A stretch of 64,000 nt of DNA from a bacterium. Lineage in GTDB: Bacteria > Planctomycetota > JADGBV01. Made by a program: the position numbers and the translations under genes. The notes under the pieces are model-generated. The model was not told the DNA's origin and did no database searches. It saw nothing but the letters and a program-made list of their open reading frames with translations. This document shows, in pieces, positions 1-9,546 of this stretch. The stretch lies in NCBI GenBank assembly GCA_023261545.1, contig JAHFOS010000002.1, positions 62,590 through 126,589 on the forward strand. Reading direction: 5' to 3'. Every line of letters begins with the position of its first letter. Within the stretch, counting starts at the first letter, position 1.

Positions 1-3000
1 TAGGTAATCTTGATATTGCCAAGGGCACGGGTGTAACCGGCAACGCCGGGCCAGCTATAGGTCACAACGCCACCCTCCGGCTTGGGCGCCAGTTCCAGAG
101 GCAGCATCACGCCCGTGGGGGTATGGCTGAGGTAATACTGTTCCACCGCATCGGGATAGCCATTGCGGTTGCCATCCGTGGATACAGGCAGATCCGCCGG
201 AGGAACGGTTGAAGAAGAACTGGTGGTAGAGGAAGTGGTTGTTGTTGTCGTCGTGCTCCCCGTGCCACTGGAGGTGCCAGAAGTTCCCCCTGAGCTGGTG
301 CTCGACGAAGTGCTACCCGAAGTCGTGGTACCGCTGCCGGAGCTTGAAGTGCCTCCCGCCGTCGTGGTGCCGCTGGAAGTATTGCCGGAAGATGTTCCGC
401 TGCTGGAGCTTGAGGAACCTCCCGTACTGCTGTTCCCAGAGGACGTGCCCGTCCCGCTCGTCGAGTTCCCCGAGGACGACCCGCCCGTAGTCGTGGTCAC
501 GGGGGGATACTCATAGTAGATTTCATCCAGATAAAAGACCTGCCGGACCTGGTCGGCCGACCCAATGCCGAACCACGAGAAGGGGTTGACGATCCTGGAG
601 AGGTCCTGGCCGCTCATGTCCAACTCGTATTTCGTCCACGCCTTATTCAGCGTCAGGGTGCCCGACTTCGGCGGAGTTTTTGCAGAATCCCCGTACTTCT
701 GCCCGTTCAACGAACCCATGGTGAAGGAAACCTTTTCCCCGCCGTCCTGGCCGCGCGCCCAGAAGACCAGCTTCTTGGCACCCGTCAGATCATAGGCCGG
801 ATTTTCCTGAGCCGACGGGACATCGCCCCAGTAGTTGGGCTGCGCGACCACCGCCATCCCGCCCCACCAGGGATCCTTGTAAGTGATGTCGTACTTGATG
901 CAGTGGGAGCCGGACTGGGGAGTTTCGGCACAATTGTAGGTCGAAGCGTTGATGGTCGCGCCGTCCAACATCCAGTTGGTCCAGTAGCCGTGGTTGCTGG
1001 CATCGTCGGAGTCCTTATAGACGTAGAACTTACCGTCGCCGGCATTGCCCGATGACGATCCGCCGCTGGAAGCGCCCGAGGTGCTGCCACCCGTGCTGTT
1101 CCCAGAGGATGTGCCGGTGCCGCTGTTACCCGTCGTGCCCCCGGTGGTGTTCCCAGAGGAGGACCCCGACGTGGAACTGCTGGAATATTCGTAATACACG
1201 TCATCCAGATAGAAGACCTGCCGGACCTGGTCGGCCGACCCAATGCCGAACCACGAGAAGGGGTTGACGATCCTGGAGAGGTCCTGGCCGCTCACGTCCA
1301 GCTCGTATTTCGTCCACGCCTTATTCAGCGTGAGGTTGCCCGACTTCGGCGGGGTCTTCGCAGAATCCCCGTACTTCTGCCCATTCAGCGATGCCATGGT
1401 GAAGGAAACCTTCTCCCCGCCATCCTGGCCGCGCGCCCAGAAGACCAGCTTCTTGGCACCCGTCAGGTTGTAGGCCGGATTCTCCGGCGCTGACGGAACA
1501 TCGCCCCAGTAATTGGGCTGTGAGACGACCGCCATTCCGCCCCACCAGGGATCCTTGTAGGTGACGTCATACTTGATGCAGTGGGATCCGGAATGGGGCG
1601 TCTCGGCACAATTGTAGGTAGAGGCATTGATGGTCGCCCCGTCCAGCATCCAATTGGTCCAGAACCCATGGTTCAGCGGATCCTCCGCGTCCTTGTAGAT
1701 GTAGAAGTTCCCGTCACCGGCGTTGCCCGAAGAAGACCCGCCCACAGTCGTGGATCCGCCAGAGGAATTGCCCGAGGCGGTGCCTCCCGTGCTGTTTCCG
1801 GAAGATGTGCCGCCCGTGTTCGTGGATCCGCCGGAGGAGTTCCCCGAGGAAGTCCCTCCCGTGCTGTTCCCGGAAGACGTGCCGGTGCCGCTGTTGCCGG
1901 AACTCGTGCCGCCTCCGCTCGCGGAGTTGCCCGATGACGTTCCAGACCCGCCCGTCGTGGAGTTCCCGGAAACGGCAAACTCGTAGTAAATTTCATCTAG
2001 GAAGAAAACCTGCCGGACCTGGTTGCCCGATCCGTACCCGAACCAGGAGAAGGGGTTGACGATCCTAGAGAGATCCTGCCCGCTGACATCCAGCTCGTAT
2101 TTCGTCCACGCCTTATTCATGGTCAGGGTGCCCGACTTCGGCGGGGTCTTTGCAGAATCTCCGTACTTCTGCCCATTCAGCGATCCCATGGTGAAGGAAA
2201 CCTTTTCCCCGCCGTCCTGGCCGCGCGCCCAGAAGACCAGCTTCTTGGCTCCCGTGAGGTCGTAGGGCGCCGAGCCCTCCGGCAGCGGCACATCGCCCCA
2301 ATAGTTTGGCGCCGCGACCACCGCCATCCCGCCCCACCAGGGATCCTTGTAGCTGATGTCGTACTTGATGCAATGGGTGCCGGACTGGGGAGATTCTGTG
2401 CAATTGTAGGTTGATGCATTGATGGTCGCACCGTCCAGCATCCAGTTGGTCCAGTAGCCGTGGTTGCTGGCATCGTCGGAGTCCTTATAGACATAGAACT
2501 TGCCGTCGCTGGCGCCCGTGGTCGATCCCCCGGAGGAATTGCCCGAGGCGGTGCCCCCCGTGCTGTTCCCGGAGGATGTGCCGGTGCTGTTGCCCGAAGT
2601 AGTTCCCGTCGTGCCTCCGGTGGTGTTCCCAGAGGATGAGCCTGTCGTGGAACTGCTGGAAAATTCGTAGTACACGTCATCCAGGAAGAAGACCTGTCGG
2701 ACCTGACTGGCCGACCCAATGCCGAACCACGAGAAGGGGTTGACGATCCTGGAGAGGTCCTGGCCGCTCACGTCCAGCTCGTACTTCGTCCAATCTTTAT
2801 TCAGCGTCAGGGTGCCCGACTTCGGCGGGGACTTCGCCGAATCCCCGTACTTCTGTCCATTCAGCGATCCCATGGTGAACTGAACCTTCTCTCCGCCATC
2901 CTGGCCGCGCGCCCAGAAGATCAGCTTCTTGGCTCCCGTCAAATTGTAGGGCGGACTCTGCGGGGAGGCCTCGACGTCACCCCAGTAATTGGCTTGCGAC

Positions 3001-4664
3001 ACCACCGCCATCCCGCCCCACCAGGGATCCTTGTAGGTGATGTCGTACTTGATGCAGTGGCTCCCGGAATGCGGAGTTTCGGCGCAGTTGTAGGTGGAGG
3101 CGTTGATCGTCGCCCCGTCCAGCATCCAGTTGGTCCAATACCCGTGGTTCAGCGGGTCGTCCGCATCCTTGTAGATGTAGAAGTTTTCACTGCTGGTGTT
3201 GCCCGAGGATGATGCGCCGCCCGAGCTGGTGTTGCCAGAGGACGTGCCCGTATCCGTTGTGGACTCGGGGGGCAACGCGGCGGGCGCCGTCGGCACGGGC
3301 ACCGATGAGTCGCTGTAAAAAGGGAAATCCGCAACGGCCGACTTGTTAGCCCCATCGCGCGCGTAGGCGAAAAAGCGGTACGCGCCAGCGGTGGACGGAA
3401 CCTTGAAGATGGCTTTGCCGCCGGACTTCTGCACGATGGCGCCCTGCACCACGGCGGGCGCGGAATTCACGCCTCCGAACCAGTCGGTATAGTTGGGGAT
3501 TTCAGGGCGCACTTCGTAGGTATAGGTGAGCGCGGCGCCTTCAGGGTCCGTCACGTTAAAGGTGACAAGATACTGGCCGCTGGGAGCCACCTTGGCTTGG
3601 GCCGCCGTGCTGCTGATCGAGCTGATTTCCGGGGCGCGATTGGTCGGGTACGTCCCTTTCCATGCATATTGCAGGGTATCAATGGCGCCCAGGGGATAAC
3701 CCGCCCAGGTCTCGGTCAGGAACATGGAAAACCAAGCATGGGTGCAGACGTAGCGTTGATTCGGCTCGATGCCCCAGAAGTAGGCGTAACCCCCCAAGCT
3801 ATAAGTCTTCACGGCGGTATTGCTGGGCTTGACGATGCTGGAGTTCCACTGCGATAGGTAGGAGGTTGCCTTCTGTGTGCTCGTGAGATCGATCCGGGCA
3901 GACCAGGACGTGGTGGGAGCTTGTCCCCAGGGCGCCCTGGGCCCGAATTCCGTGACCATGTAGGGCCGATCCAGTCCGGCGCCAACAATCGTGCTCGCCA
4001 AGGCGTCCATGTCGCCCCCGTAAGCATTGATGCCGATGGTGTCAAGGCTAGGGCAATAGGTTTTGACCGCGTCCATCTTGGACTTGGTGATCATAGCCCA
4101 AACCGTGGACGTGGGGTGGTTCGGATCCGCCGCTTTGATGGAGGCCGCGAGCTGCTGCACCGCATTCCAGACGTTGGCATCGGCGCCGCCTTCGTATTCG
4201 TTGCCGATGCTCCAGATGGCGATGGCGGGGTGATTCTTGTAGGTGTTGACGTAAGCAAGCAGGCGGTCGTGCTGCTCCTTCACCTGCGCCGCGTTGGCAT
4301 AGCTGATTTCGCCCGGCTTTGAGATCCACAGGCCCGCGCACACCGTCAACCCCAGGGCCTGCGCGCGGTCGTAGGTCTGGGGATCTGAGGCGGCACCCCA
4401 GGTACGCACGGAGTTTCCGCCAGCATCCTTGATAGCCTGCAAGTAAGCGCTGGTGCTGAGGCTGCTGTCCACGCCGCCGCCCTTGAGGAAATAGGCGGCG
4501 CCATCGTGCGTGAGGCCGTAGCTGCCGTCTCCGTTCTTCACCACTTTCGTGACGCCGGCTTCAGCTCCTCCCAGCAGCGCGACGGCTATGCCGCAGAAAA
4601 TAAAAAACAGCGCCGGCACCCCGGCGAAGCCCCGCGTGCGGGACTGTAGCGTTGATTCTTTCAT
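1..4664 (-). CDS. Partial (3' end off-window) giant secreted modular glycoside hydrolase. Domain order: signal peptide, clan GH-A (GH5-like) TIM-barrel catalytic domain, Ig-like domain, four tandem ~230-aa CBM-like beta-sandwich modules joined by G/S/T/N-rich linkers, Thr/Ser-rich tail
   Basis: Manual reverse-complement translation from ATG at 4664-4662: MKESTLQSRTRGFAGVPALFFIFCGIAVALLGGAEAG (signal peptide). Catalytic motifs AIWSIGNEYEG (acid/base Glu) and YMVTEFG (nucleophile Glu) are typical of clan GH-A. Repeated module WTNWMLDGATINASTYNCAETPHSGSHCIKYDITYKDPWWGGMAVV...GQDGGEKVSFTMGSLNGQKYGDSAK...KAWTKYELD occurs four times. No stop codon before window position 1, which explains why the ORF track (complete ORFs only) lacks it. 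Confidence 0.75.
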   Translation of the reverse strand, partial: MKESTLQSRTRGFAGVPALFFIFCGIAVALLGGAEAGVTKVVKNGDGSYGLTHDGAAYFLKGGGVDSSLSTSAYLQAIKDAGGNSVRTWGAASDPQTYDRAQALGLTVCAGLWISKPGEISYANAAQVKEQHDRLLAYVNTYKNHPAIAIWSIGNEYEGGADANVWNAVQQLAASIKAADPNHPTSTVWAMITKSKMDAVKTYCPSLDTIGINAYGGDMDALASTIVGAGLDRPYMVTEFGPRAPWGQAPTTSWSARIDLTSTQKATSYLSQWNSSIVKPSNTAVKTYSLGGYAYFWGIEPNQRYVCTHAWFSMFLTETWAGYPLGAIDTLQYAWKGTYPTNRAPEISSISSTAAQAKVAPSGQYLVTFNVTDPEGAALTYTYEVRPEIPNYTDWFGGVNSAPAVVQGAIVQKSGGKAIFKVPSTAGAYRFFAYARDGANKSAVADFPFYSDSSVPVPTAPAALPPESTTDTGTSSGNTSSGGASSSGNTSSENFYIYKDADDPLNHGYWTNWMLDGATINASTYNCAETPHSGSHCIKYDITYKDPWWGGMAVVSQANYWGDVEASPQSPPYNLTGAKKLIFWARGQDGGEKVQFTMGSLNGQKYGDSAKSPPKSGTLTLNKDWTKYELDVSGQDLSRIVNPFSWFGIGSASQVRQVFFLDDVYYEFSSSSTTGSSSGNTTGGTTGTTSGNSTGTSSGNSTGGTASGNSSGGSTTGASDGKFYVYKDSDDASNHGYWTNWMLDGATINASTYNCTESPQSGTHCIKYDISYKDPWWGGMAVVAAPNYWGDVPLPEGSAPYDLTGAKKLVFWARGQDGGEKVSFTMGSLNGQKYGDSAKTPPKSGTLTMNKAWTKYELDVSGQDLSRIVNPFSWFGYGSGNQVRQVFFLDEIYYEFAVSGNSTTGGSGTSSGNSASGGGTSSGNSGTGTSSGNSTGGTSSGNSSGGSTNTGGTSSGNSTGGTASGNSSGGSTTVGGSSSGNAGDGNFYIYKDAEDPLNHGFWTNWMLDGATINASTYNCAETPHSGSHCIKYDVTYKDPWWGGMAVVSQPNYWGDVPSAPENPAYNLTGAKKLVFWARGQDGGEKVSFTMASLNGQKYGDSAKTPPKSGNLTLNKAWTKYELDVSGQDLSRIVNPFSWFGIGSADQVRQVFYLDDVYYEYSSSSTSGSSSGNTTGGTTGNSGTGTSSGNSTGGSTSGASSGGSSSGNAGDGKFYVYKDSDDASNHGYWTNWMLDGATINASTYNCAETPQSGSHCIKYDITYKDPWWGGMAVVAQPNYWGDVPSAQENPAYDLTGAKKLVFWARGQDGGEKVSFTMGSLNGQKYGDSAKTPPKSGTLTLNKAWTKYELDMSGQDLSRIVNPFSWFGIGSADQVRQVFYLDEIYYEYPPVTTTTGGSSSGNSTSGTGTSSGNSSTGGSSSSSSGTSSGNTSSGTTTAGGTSSSGSGTTTSGSTSSSTSSGGTSGTSSGTGSTTTTTTTSSTTSSSSTVPPADLPVSTDGNRNGYPDAVEQYYLSHTPTGVMLPLELAPKPEGGVVTYSWPGVAGYTRALGNIKIT
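560..3250. repeat. Four tandem near-identical ~690-780 bp direct repeats (coding repeats of the CBM-like module inside the giant hydrolase gene)
   Basis: The same antisense artefact ORF (MPNHEKGLTILERSWPL...FLAPVRS) recurs at 565, 1243 and 2023 on the + strand. The minus-strand translation gives four copies of the same module with only a few substitutions. Confidence 0.8.
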
Positions 4665-4881
4665 AAGCACCATTACGGCCGGCAAGCCTGTATATATGCA
4701 ATTTCTCTTCAGAAAAAACATGGAAAATTTTCAAAGGTATGAAAAAATCCACTCCGGTGGAGCTTTGTCGCGACAACCATCGTTGATTTTTACATATTTG
4801 GCGCCCGCGGGGCACAAAATGCACCTTTCCCGCGCTAGCCTTGCCGCTAGAATGTGAAGAGCTGGGAAAAGGGAAAAGTAA
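4665..4881. promoter_or_regulatory. AT-rich divergent intergenic region between the hydrolase gene (minus) and the SDR gene (plus); likely holds both promoters
   Basis: 217-bp non-coding, locally AT-rich stretch flanked by divergent start codons. GGGAAAAG Shine-Dalgarno 6 nt before the ATG at 4882. Confidence 0.3.
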
Positions 4882-5637
4882 ATGCCCATCACGTTGACGG
4901 ACAAGGTGGCATGGATCACCGGCACCAGCCGCGGCATCGGCGCGGTACTGGCGCGCCGCTTCGCCGAGCGTGGAGCCCGGGTCGTGGCCACATGTCTGGG
5001 GGGGGCCAAGGACTCCGGGGGTCTGGACGAATTTTTCAGGGAAAATAGCCCGCGTTCAACCGTGCTTCACCAGGACGTGCGCCGGCCCGAGGATGGCGAG
5101 GCGGTGGCCGCCTGGATTCGCGATCACGCGGATCGGCTCGACGTGCTGGTCAACAACGCCGGCATTGACCCGCGCAAACCAGCGGATGAGATGAGCGTGG
5201 AGCACTGGCGCGAAGTGTTGAGCGTCAACCTGGACGGCTCGTTCTATTCCTGCCGGGCGGCCCTGCCGCTCATGAAGGAGCGGGGTTACGGCAAAATCAT
5301 CCAGGTGGGCTCCATCATGGCCTTTTTCGGCGGGGCCAAGGTCGCCCACTATGTCTCAAGTAAGATGGGCCTCATCGGGCTCACGCGCGGGCTGGCGCGC
5401 GACCTTGGCCGCTTCGGCATTCGCGTGAACTGCGTGGCGCCGGGCGCCATCTTCATGCCGCTGCCGCCGGAGGAACGACGTGGGGAAATTGAAAAGACCA
5501 TGAACGAGCGGCAGTGCCTGCCGGGCCTCATGGTGGCGGAGGATATCGAGCCCACCTACGCCTTCCTCGCCTCGGAGGACAGCGACGCCATCACCGGCCA
5601 GTGCATCACCGTGGACCGCGGATGGACGCACTATTGA
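4882..5637 (+). CDS. Short-chain dehydrogenase/reductase (SDR) family oxidoreductase
   Basis: N-terminal TGTSRGIGAVLARRFAERGARVV Rossmann glycine motif, NNAGI, catalytic YVSSK (YxxxK), PGAI. Confidence 0.85.
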   Translation: MPITLTDKVAWITGTSRGIGAVLARRFAERGARVVATCLGGAKDSGGLDEFFRENSPRSTVLHQDVRRPEDGEAVAAWIRDHADRLDVLVNNAGIDPRKPADEMSVEHWREVLSVNLDGSFYSCRAALPLMKERGYGKIIQVGSIMAFFGGAKVAHYVSSKMGLIGLTRGLARDLGRFGIRVNCVAPGAIFMPLPPEERRGEIEKTMNERQCLPGLMVAEDIEPTYAFLASEDSDAITGQCITVDRGWTHY

Positions 5638-5679
5638 TGGCCCGCCGCGAACCGCCAACTCCTGCCTGAAGGAAAGCCC

Positions 5680-6891
5680 ATGAAGATCACGCACATCGAA
5701 ACCCTGCGCGTCATGAAGTGGCCCCAGAACATCTGGGTGCAGATCCACACCGACACCGGCCTCGTCGGGCTCGGCGAAACCTTCTACAATGCTCCCGGCG
5801 TGCAGGGGTCGGTGCTGGAACACTTCGGCCCCATGCTCATCGGGCGCAACCCCTGCGAGGTGGAGCGGCATTGGGAAGCGATGTTCCGCGTGAGCGAGCA
5901 CGCGGGTTACGGCGGGGCCGAACTCCGGGCCATCTCGGCCCTGGACATGGCGCTCTGGGACCTCAAGGGCCAGGCGGCGGGTCTGCCGGTTTACGAAATG
6001 CTGGGCGGCGCGACGCGACGCCGCGTGCGCTTGTATGCCACCAGCCTCAGCCACCAGCAGCCCGCGGAGATCGCCAAGGGTCTCATGGATCAGGGCATCT
6101 TCGCCATCAAGGGCGATCCCTTCATCTCCTTCTGTCTTGAGAGCGATGGGCAGTTCATTTCCGCGGCTGATATCGAGCGCGGCCTCAGGCCCGTGCGCGC
6201 CATCCGCGACGCCGTGGGCGATGCCATGGAAATCGCCATTGACACGCACGGCAAATGGAACCTGCCGGTGGCCATGAAGCTGGCGCAGGCCATGGAGCCC
6301 TACAACATCCTATGGTTCGAAGATCCCATGCGCATGGTCTGCCCCGAAACGCTGAAACGGCTGCAGGAGGGGACGCGCATCCCGCTGTGCATTTCCGAGC
6401 GGCTGATGACGCGCTGGCAGTTCCGCCAGTACATCGAGAGCGGCGCCGCGCGCATCGTCATGCCGGACCTGATATGGACGGGAGGCATCTCCGAGACCCA
6501 CAAGATTGCCATCCTGGCCTCGGCCCACGAGGTGCCGGTGGCGCCCCACGACTGCACCGGGCCGGTCAACATGTTCGCCTGCGCCCAGATCTGCATGAGC
6601 GCGGCCAACGTCATGATCCAGGAGTATCTCCCGGTTTACCACCAGGGCTGGTACGCGGAGGTGGTGGACCCCAACCTGGACGTGCGCGACGGCTGGCTCT
6701 ACGCGCCGGAAAGGCCGGGCATCGGCACGCGCCTCAAGCCCGAGGTGCGCGGCCGTTCCGATACGGTCATCGCCGTTTGCAAGGAGGCACGAGAGAGTTA
6801 CATTGACCACTGGGTCGCGCCACCCGGCCTGCGCTCGCCGCGCATGGAGGCGGAAACACAAAAAATGCGCGAGGAAAGAGGACCGCGATGA
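5680..6891 (+). CDS. Enolase-superfamily dehydratase (mandelate racemase/muconate lactonizing enzyme family; galactonate/sugar-acid dehydratase-like)
   Basis: MKITHIETLRV...WVQIHTDTGLVGLGET N-terminal capping domain. TIM-barrel metal ligands AIDTHG...WFEDP...E. Start overlaps next gene by 4 nt (operon). Confidence 0.85.
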   Translation: MKITHIETLRVMKWPQNIWVQIHTDTGLVGLGETFYNAPGVQGSVLEHFGPMLIGRNPCEVERHWEAMFRVSEHAGYGGAELRAISALDMALWDLKGQAAGLPVYEMLGGATRRRVRLYATSLSHQQPAEIAKGLMDQGIFAIKGDPFISFCLESDGQFISAADIERGLRPVRAIRDAVGDAMEIAIDTHGKWNLPVAMKLAQAMEPYNILWFEDPMRMVCPETLKRLQEGTRIPLCISERLMTRWQFRQYIESGAARIVMPDLIWTGGISETHKIAILASAHEVPVAPHDCTGPVNMFACAQICMSAANVMIQEYLPVYHQGWYAEVVDPNLDVRDGWLYAPERPGIGTRLKPEVRGRSDTVIAVCKEARESYIDHWVAPPGLRSPRMEAETQKMREERGPR

Positions 6892-8150
6892 ATCCCATGG
6901 ATCTGCATATCACCAGAATAGAAACCGTCATTCCCACCGCCATCATGCCGGGCCTGGTGCTGGTGCGCGTGCACACCGATGCCGGCATCGTCGGCTGCGG
7001 GGAGAGCTACTACACCCCGCACGCGGTGGCGGCCATGATCCACGACTGGATGGCGCGGCGCCTCTTCGACCGCGCGGTGCCGTTCTCGGTGGAGGGCACC
7101 TGGCGCTTCCTCTACGAGCGCGCGGCCAACTTCGGCACCCAGGGCTGCGAACTGCGGGCGCTGTCGGCCATTGACCTGGCGTTATGGGACATCATGGGCC
7201 AGCTCACCGGCCAACCGATATGGGCGCTGCTGGGCGGGCCGGTGCGCGACCGCGTCCCGGTGTACAACAGCAGCGGCGGCCCGAGCTATGGCGCGCGCCG
7301 CGACGGCCACACCGATCCCCAGGGCTGGCCCGGTTACGGCGACGTCGGGGAAAAAGGACCGCTCAATGATTACTGGTCCATCGTGAACCAGCCGGTGGAA
7401 TACGCCGGCGAGCTCATCGCCTCGGGCACCAAGGCCCTCAAGACCTGGATCTTCGACTTCGCCGCCCACAAGCCGAATGGTGGCCTGCATATCAGCCACG
7501 CGGATATCGAGACGGGCCTGAAGCCGCTGCGCGCCATCCGCGAACGCTGGGGAAAATCCATCGAAATCATCCTCGACGGCCACGGCTTCTTCCAGTTGCC
7601 CGCCGCCCTGCGCATCGCCCGCGCCCTGCGCGAAATAGATCCCCTGTGGCTCGAAGACGTCATACGCCCGGACTGCATTGACACTATCAGCGACTTCCGC
7701 AACAAGGCCGGGGTTCCGGTGGCTGTGAGCGAGATGATGGTCGGCCACGAGGACTACCGCCTGGTGCTGGAGAAGCGCGCCGCCGACTACATCATGATCG
7801 ACCCCACCTGGGTGGGCGGCATCTCCCAGACGCGGCGCGTCGCCCAGATGGCCCAGGCCTACAACCTCCCCGTCACCATGCACGATTGCACGGGGCCGCT
7901 CACGCTGCTGGCCGGGGTGCAAATCGCCGCCGCGACCCCCAACGTGGCCTGGCAGGAGACGGTGCGCGCCCACCTGCAGTTCGTCTATCCGCGGCTCATT
8001 GACGAACGCCTGGCCATCGTGGAGGGACACATCGCCCTCCCGCGCCGGCCCGGGCTCGGAGCCGGCCTGCTCCCGGAGCTGTTCAGTCCCAAGCAGCCGG
8101 ACTACCGCGAAAGCCGGGCGCCGGCTCCCGGAGCCGCAAAAGCCGGCTAA
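6888..8150 (+). CDS. Second enolase-superfamily (MR/MLE) dehydratase, tandem paralog
   Basis: ITRIETVIP...LVLVRVHTDAGIVGCGES...ILDGHG...LWLEDV; ATGA overlap with upstream gene. Confidence 0.85.
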   Translation: MNPMDLHITRIETVIPTAIMPGLVLVRVHTDAGIVGCGESYYTPHAVAAMIHDWMARRLFDRAVPFSVEGTWRFLYERAANFGTQGCELRALSAIDLALWDIMGQLTGQPIWALLGGPVRDRVPVYNSSGGPSYGARRDGHTDPQGWPGYGDVGEKGPLNDYWSIVNQPVEYAGELIASGTKALKTWIFDFAAHKPNGGLHISHADIETGLKPLRAIRERWGKSIEIILDGHGFFQLPAALRIARALREIDPLWLEDVIRPDCIDTISDFRNKAGVPVAVSEMMVGHEDYRLVLEKRAADYIMIDPTWVGGISQTRRVAQMAQAYNLPVTMHDCTGPLTLLAGVQIAAATPNVAWQETVRAHLQFVYPRLIDERLAIVEGHIALPRRPGLGAGLLPELFSPKQPDYRESRAPAPGAAKAG

Positions 8151-8157
8151 GACGGCC

Positions 8158-9408
8158 TCAGCCCAGGAACCAGGGAGCGGGCAGGGCCAGGATGCCCTCG
8201 CCTAGATCCCGCACCTCGGGATCATTGCTGAGAACGAAAGCTCCCAGCACCGGCTTGTCCAAGATTTCACGCAACCGAAAGAGGTGCTTGGCGTCACCAG
8301 GACTGACGCGGTTCGCTTTCTTGATCTCGATGGGGACGAAACCGTTTTCCAGCTCCAGCAGCAGGTCCACCTCCAAGCCATCTGAGGTTCGCAAATGGTG
8401 GAACTGGATACGCAGGTCGAGGGACCGCGCTTGCTTGTAGATTTCTGCCACCACGGCGCCCTCGTACTCAAATCCAGTGAGGTCCCCACTCCTGCCCGCC
8501 ACGGCTTGCTGGACGCCTGGATCCAGCCAGTGCAGCTTGGGCGTTTTCACCAGCCTTTTGAGCCGGTTCCTGAACCAAGGCCGCAGGACGATGACCTGGT
8601 AGCTGATTTCAAGGTAACTCAGGAAACGCTTGGCGGTCTGCGGCGCGATGCCGGCCTCCCTGGCCAGCGTGCTGTGGTGGACTTGCTGCCCCACGAGCTC
8701 GGCCAGGCACCGCTGGGCCAGCACGAAGGGCTCCAGATCCCTAATCGCGACCAGATCGCGCAGGTCGCGCTGGAGGTAAGTCTGAACATATTGGTGAAGC
8801 CAGTCCCGTTTCTCTTTTTCCCCCAGATCCTCCGCCAGCACCTCCGGCAACGCGCCGAAACTCAGATAGCGCTCAAACAACAGTTGGGCCTGGGCATAGC
8901 CCTTGTCCCCCGCGGGAATTCCCAGGAACAGGGCCGTATCCTTGGGGCCGCCGGCGATCCAGCGTTGGAAGCGGGAAACCGGAATATCCTCGGACCAGGA
9001 AGCCGTCCGCATCTCCGGAATCGTGAGGGGAAATAGCTCGAAAAGGGCCGCCCTTCCCGCCATGCTTTCCCGGACTTGGCGCAACATCAGGATTTGGCTC
9101 GAACCCGTGAGGATAAAGCGCATGTCGGCGTGGGCATCGAAGGCCGCCTTCACCGACTCGAAGAGGGCGGGCGCCTTCTGCACCTCGTCGAGAATCACGT
9201 TCTGGAAACGCTCGCGCCACTGGACCGCCGACAAGCGGGTGTACTGGGGCCGCAGTATGGGATCATCCAAGGATATATAATCGTAGCCCTCCAGTTGCCG
9301 GACCAGGGTCGTCTTGCCGGTCTGGCGCGCCCCAGAGAGAACCACCAGTCGCCCATGTCGAGAGGCGATTTTTTCCTTCAATCGCCGCAGCAGTATCCGG
9401 TTCTTCAT
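8158..9408 (-). CDS. AAA_14 / DUF4143-family ATPase (paralog 1 of 3)
   Basis: Walker A LVVLSGARQTGKTTL, Walker B-like FILTGSS, then the long C-terminal DUF4143-like region. Same architecture as 25203-26468 and 47539-48825. Confidence 0.8.
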   Translation of the reverse strand: MKNRILLRRLKEKIASRHGRLVVLSGARQTGKTTLVRQLEGYDYISLDDPILRPQYTRLSAVQWRERFQNVILDEVQKAPALFESVKAAFDAHADMRFILTGSSQILMLRQVRESMAGRAALFELFPLTIPEMRTASWSEDIPVSRFQRWIAGGPKDTALFLGIPAGDKGYAQAQLLFERYLSFGALPEVLAEDLGEKEKRDWLHQYVQTYLQRDLRDLVAIRDLEPFVLAQRCLAELVGQQVHHSTLAREAGIAPQTAKRFLSYLEISYQVIVLRPWFRNRLKRLVKTPKLHWLDPGVQQAVAGRSGDLTGFEYEGAVVAEIYKQARSLDLRIQFHHLRTSDGLEVDLLLELENGFVPIEIKKANRVSPGDAKHLFRLREILDKPVLGAFVLSNDPEVRDLGEGILALPAPWFLG

Positions 9409-9546
9409 GGCAATTTAATGGCGTAAAAATGATATGTTATAGTTGTTAATATACGCCAAAAATTTAATATTAAAGATATTAAATACGCTTTATCACCAGG
9501 CCATCGTCCCCTGGGAAGGGACTCGCGCGCCGGAGGATCTGGGCAC

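Noticed and set aside
163-2265. Plus-strand ORFs with repeated products (MPNHEKGLTILERSWPL...FLAPVRS three times, plus P/E/V-rich ORFs at 163 and 1723)
   Set aside because: They are antisense or out-of-frame readings of the four tandem CBM-like coding repeats of the minus-strand hydrolase. Their low-complexity, repetitive products mirror the real minus-strand gene
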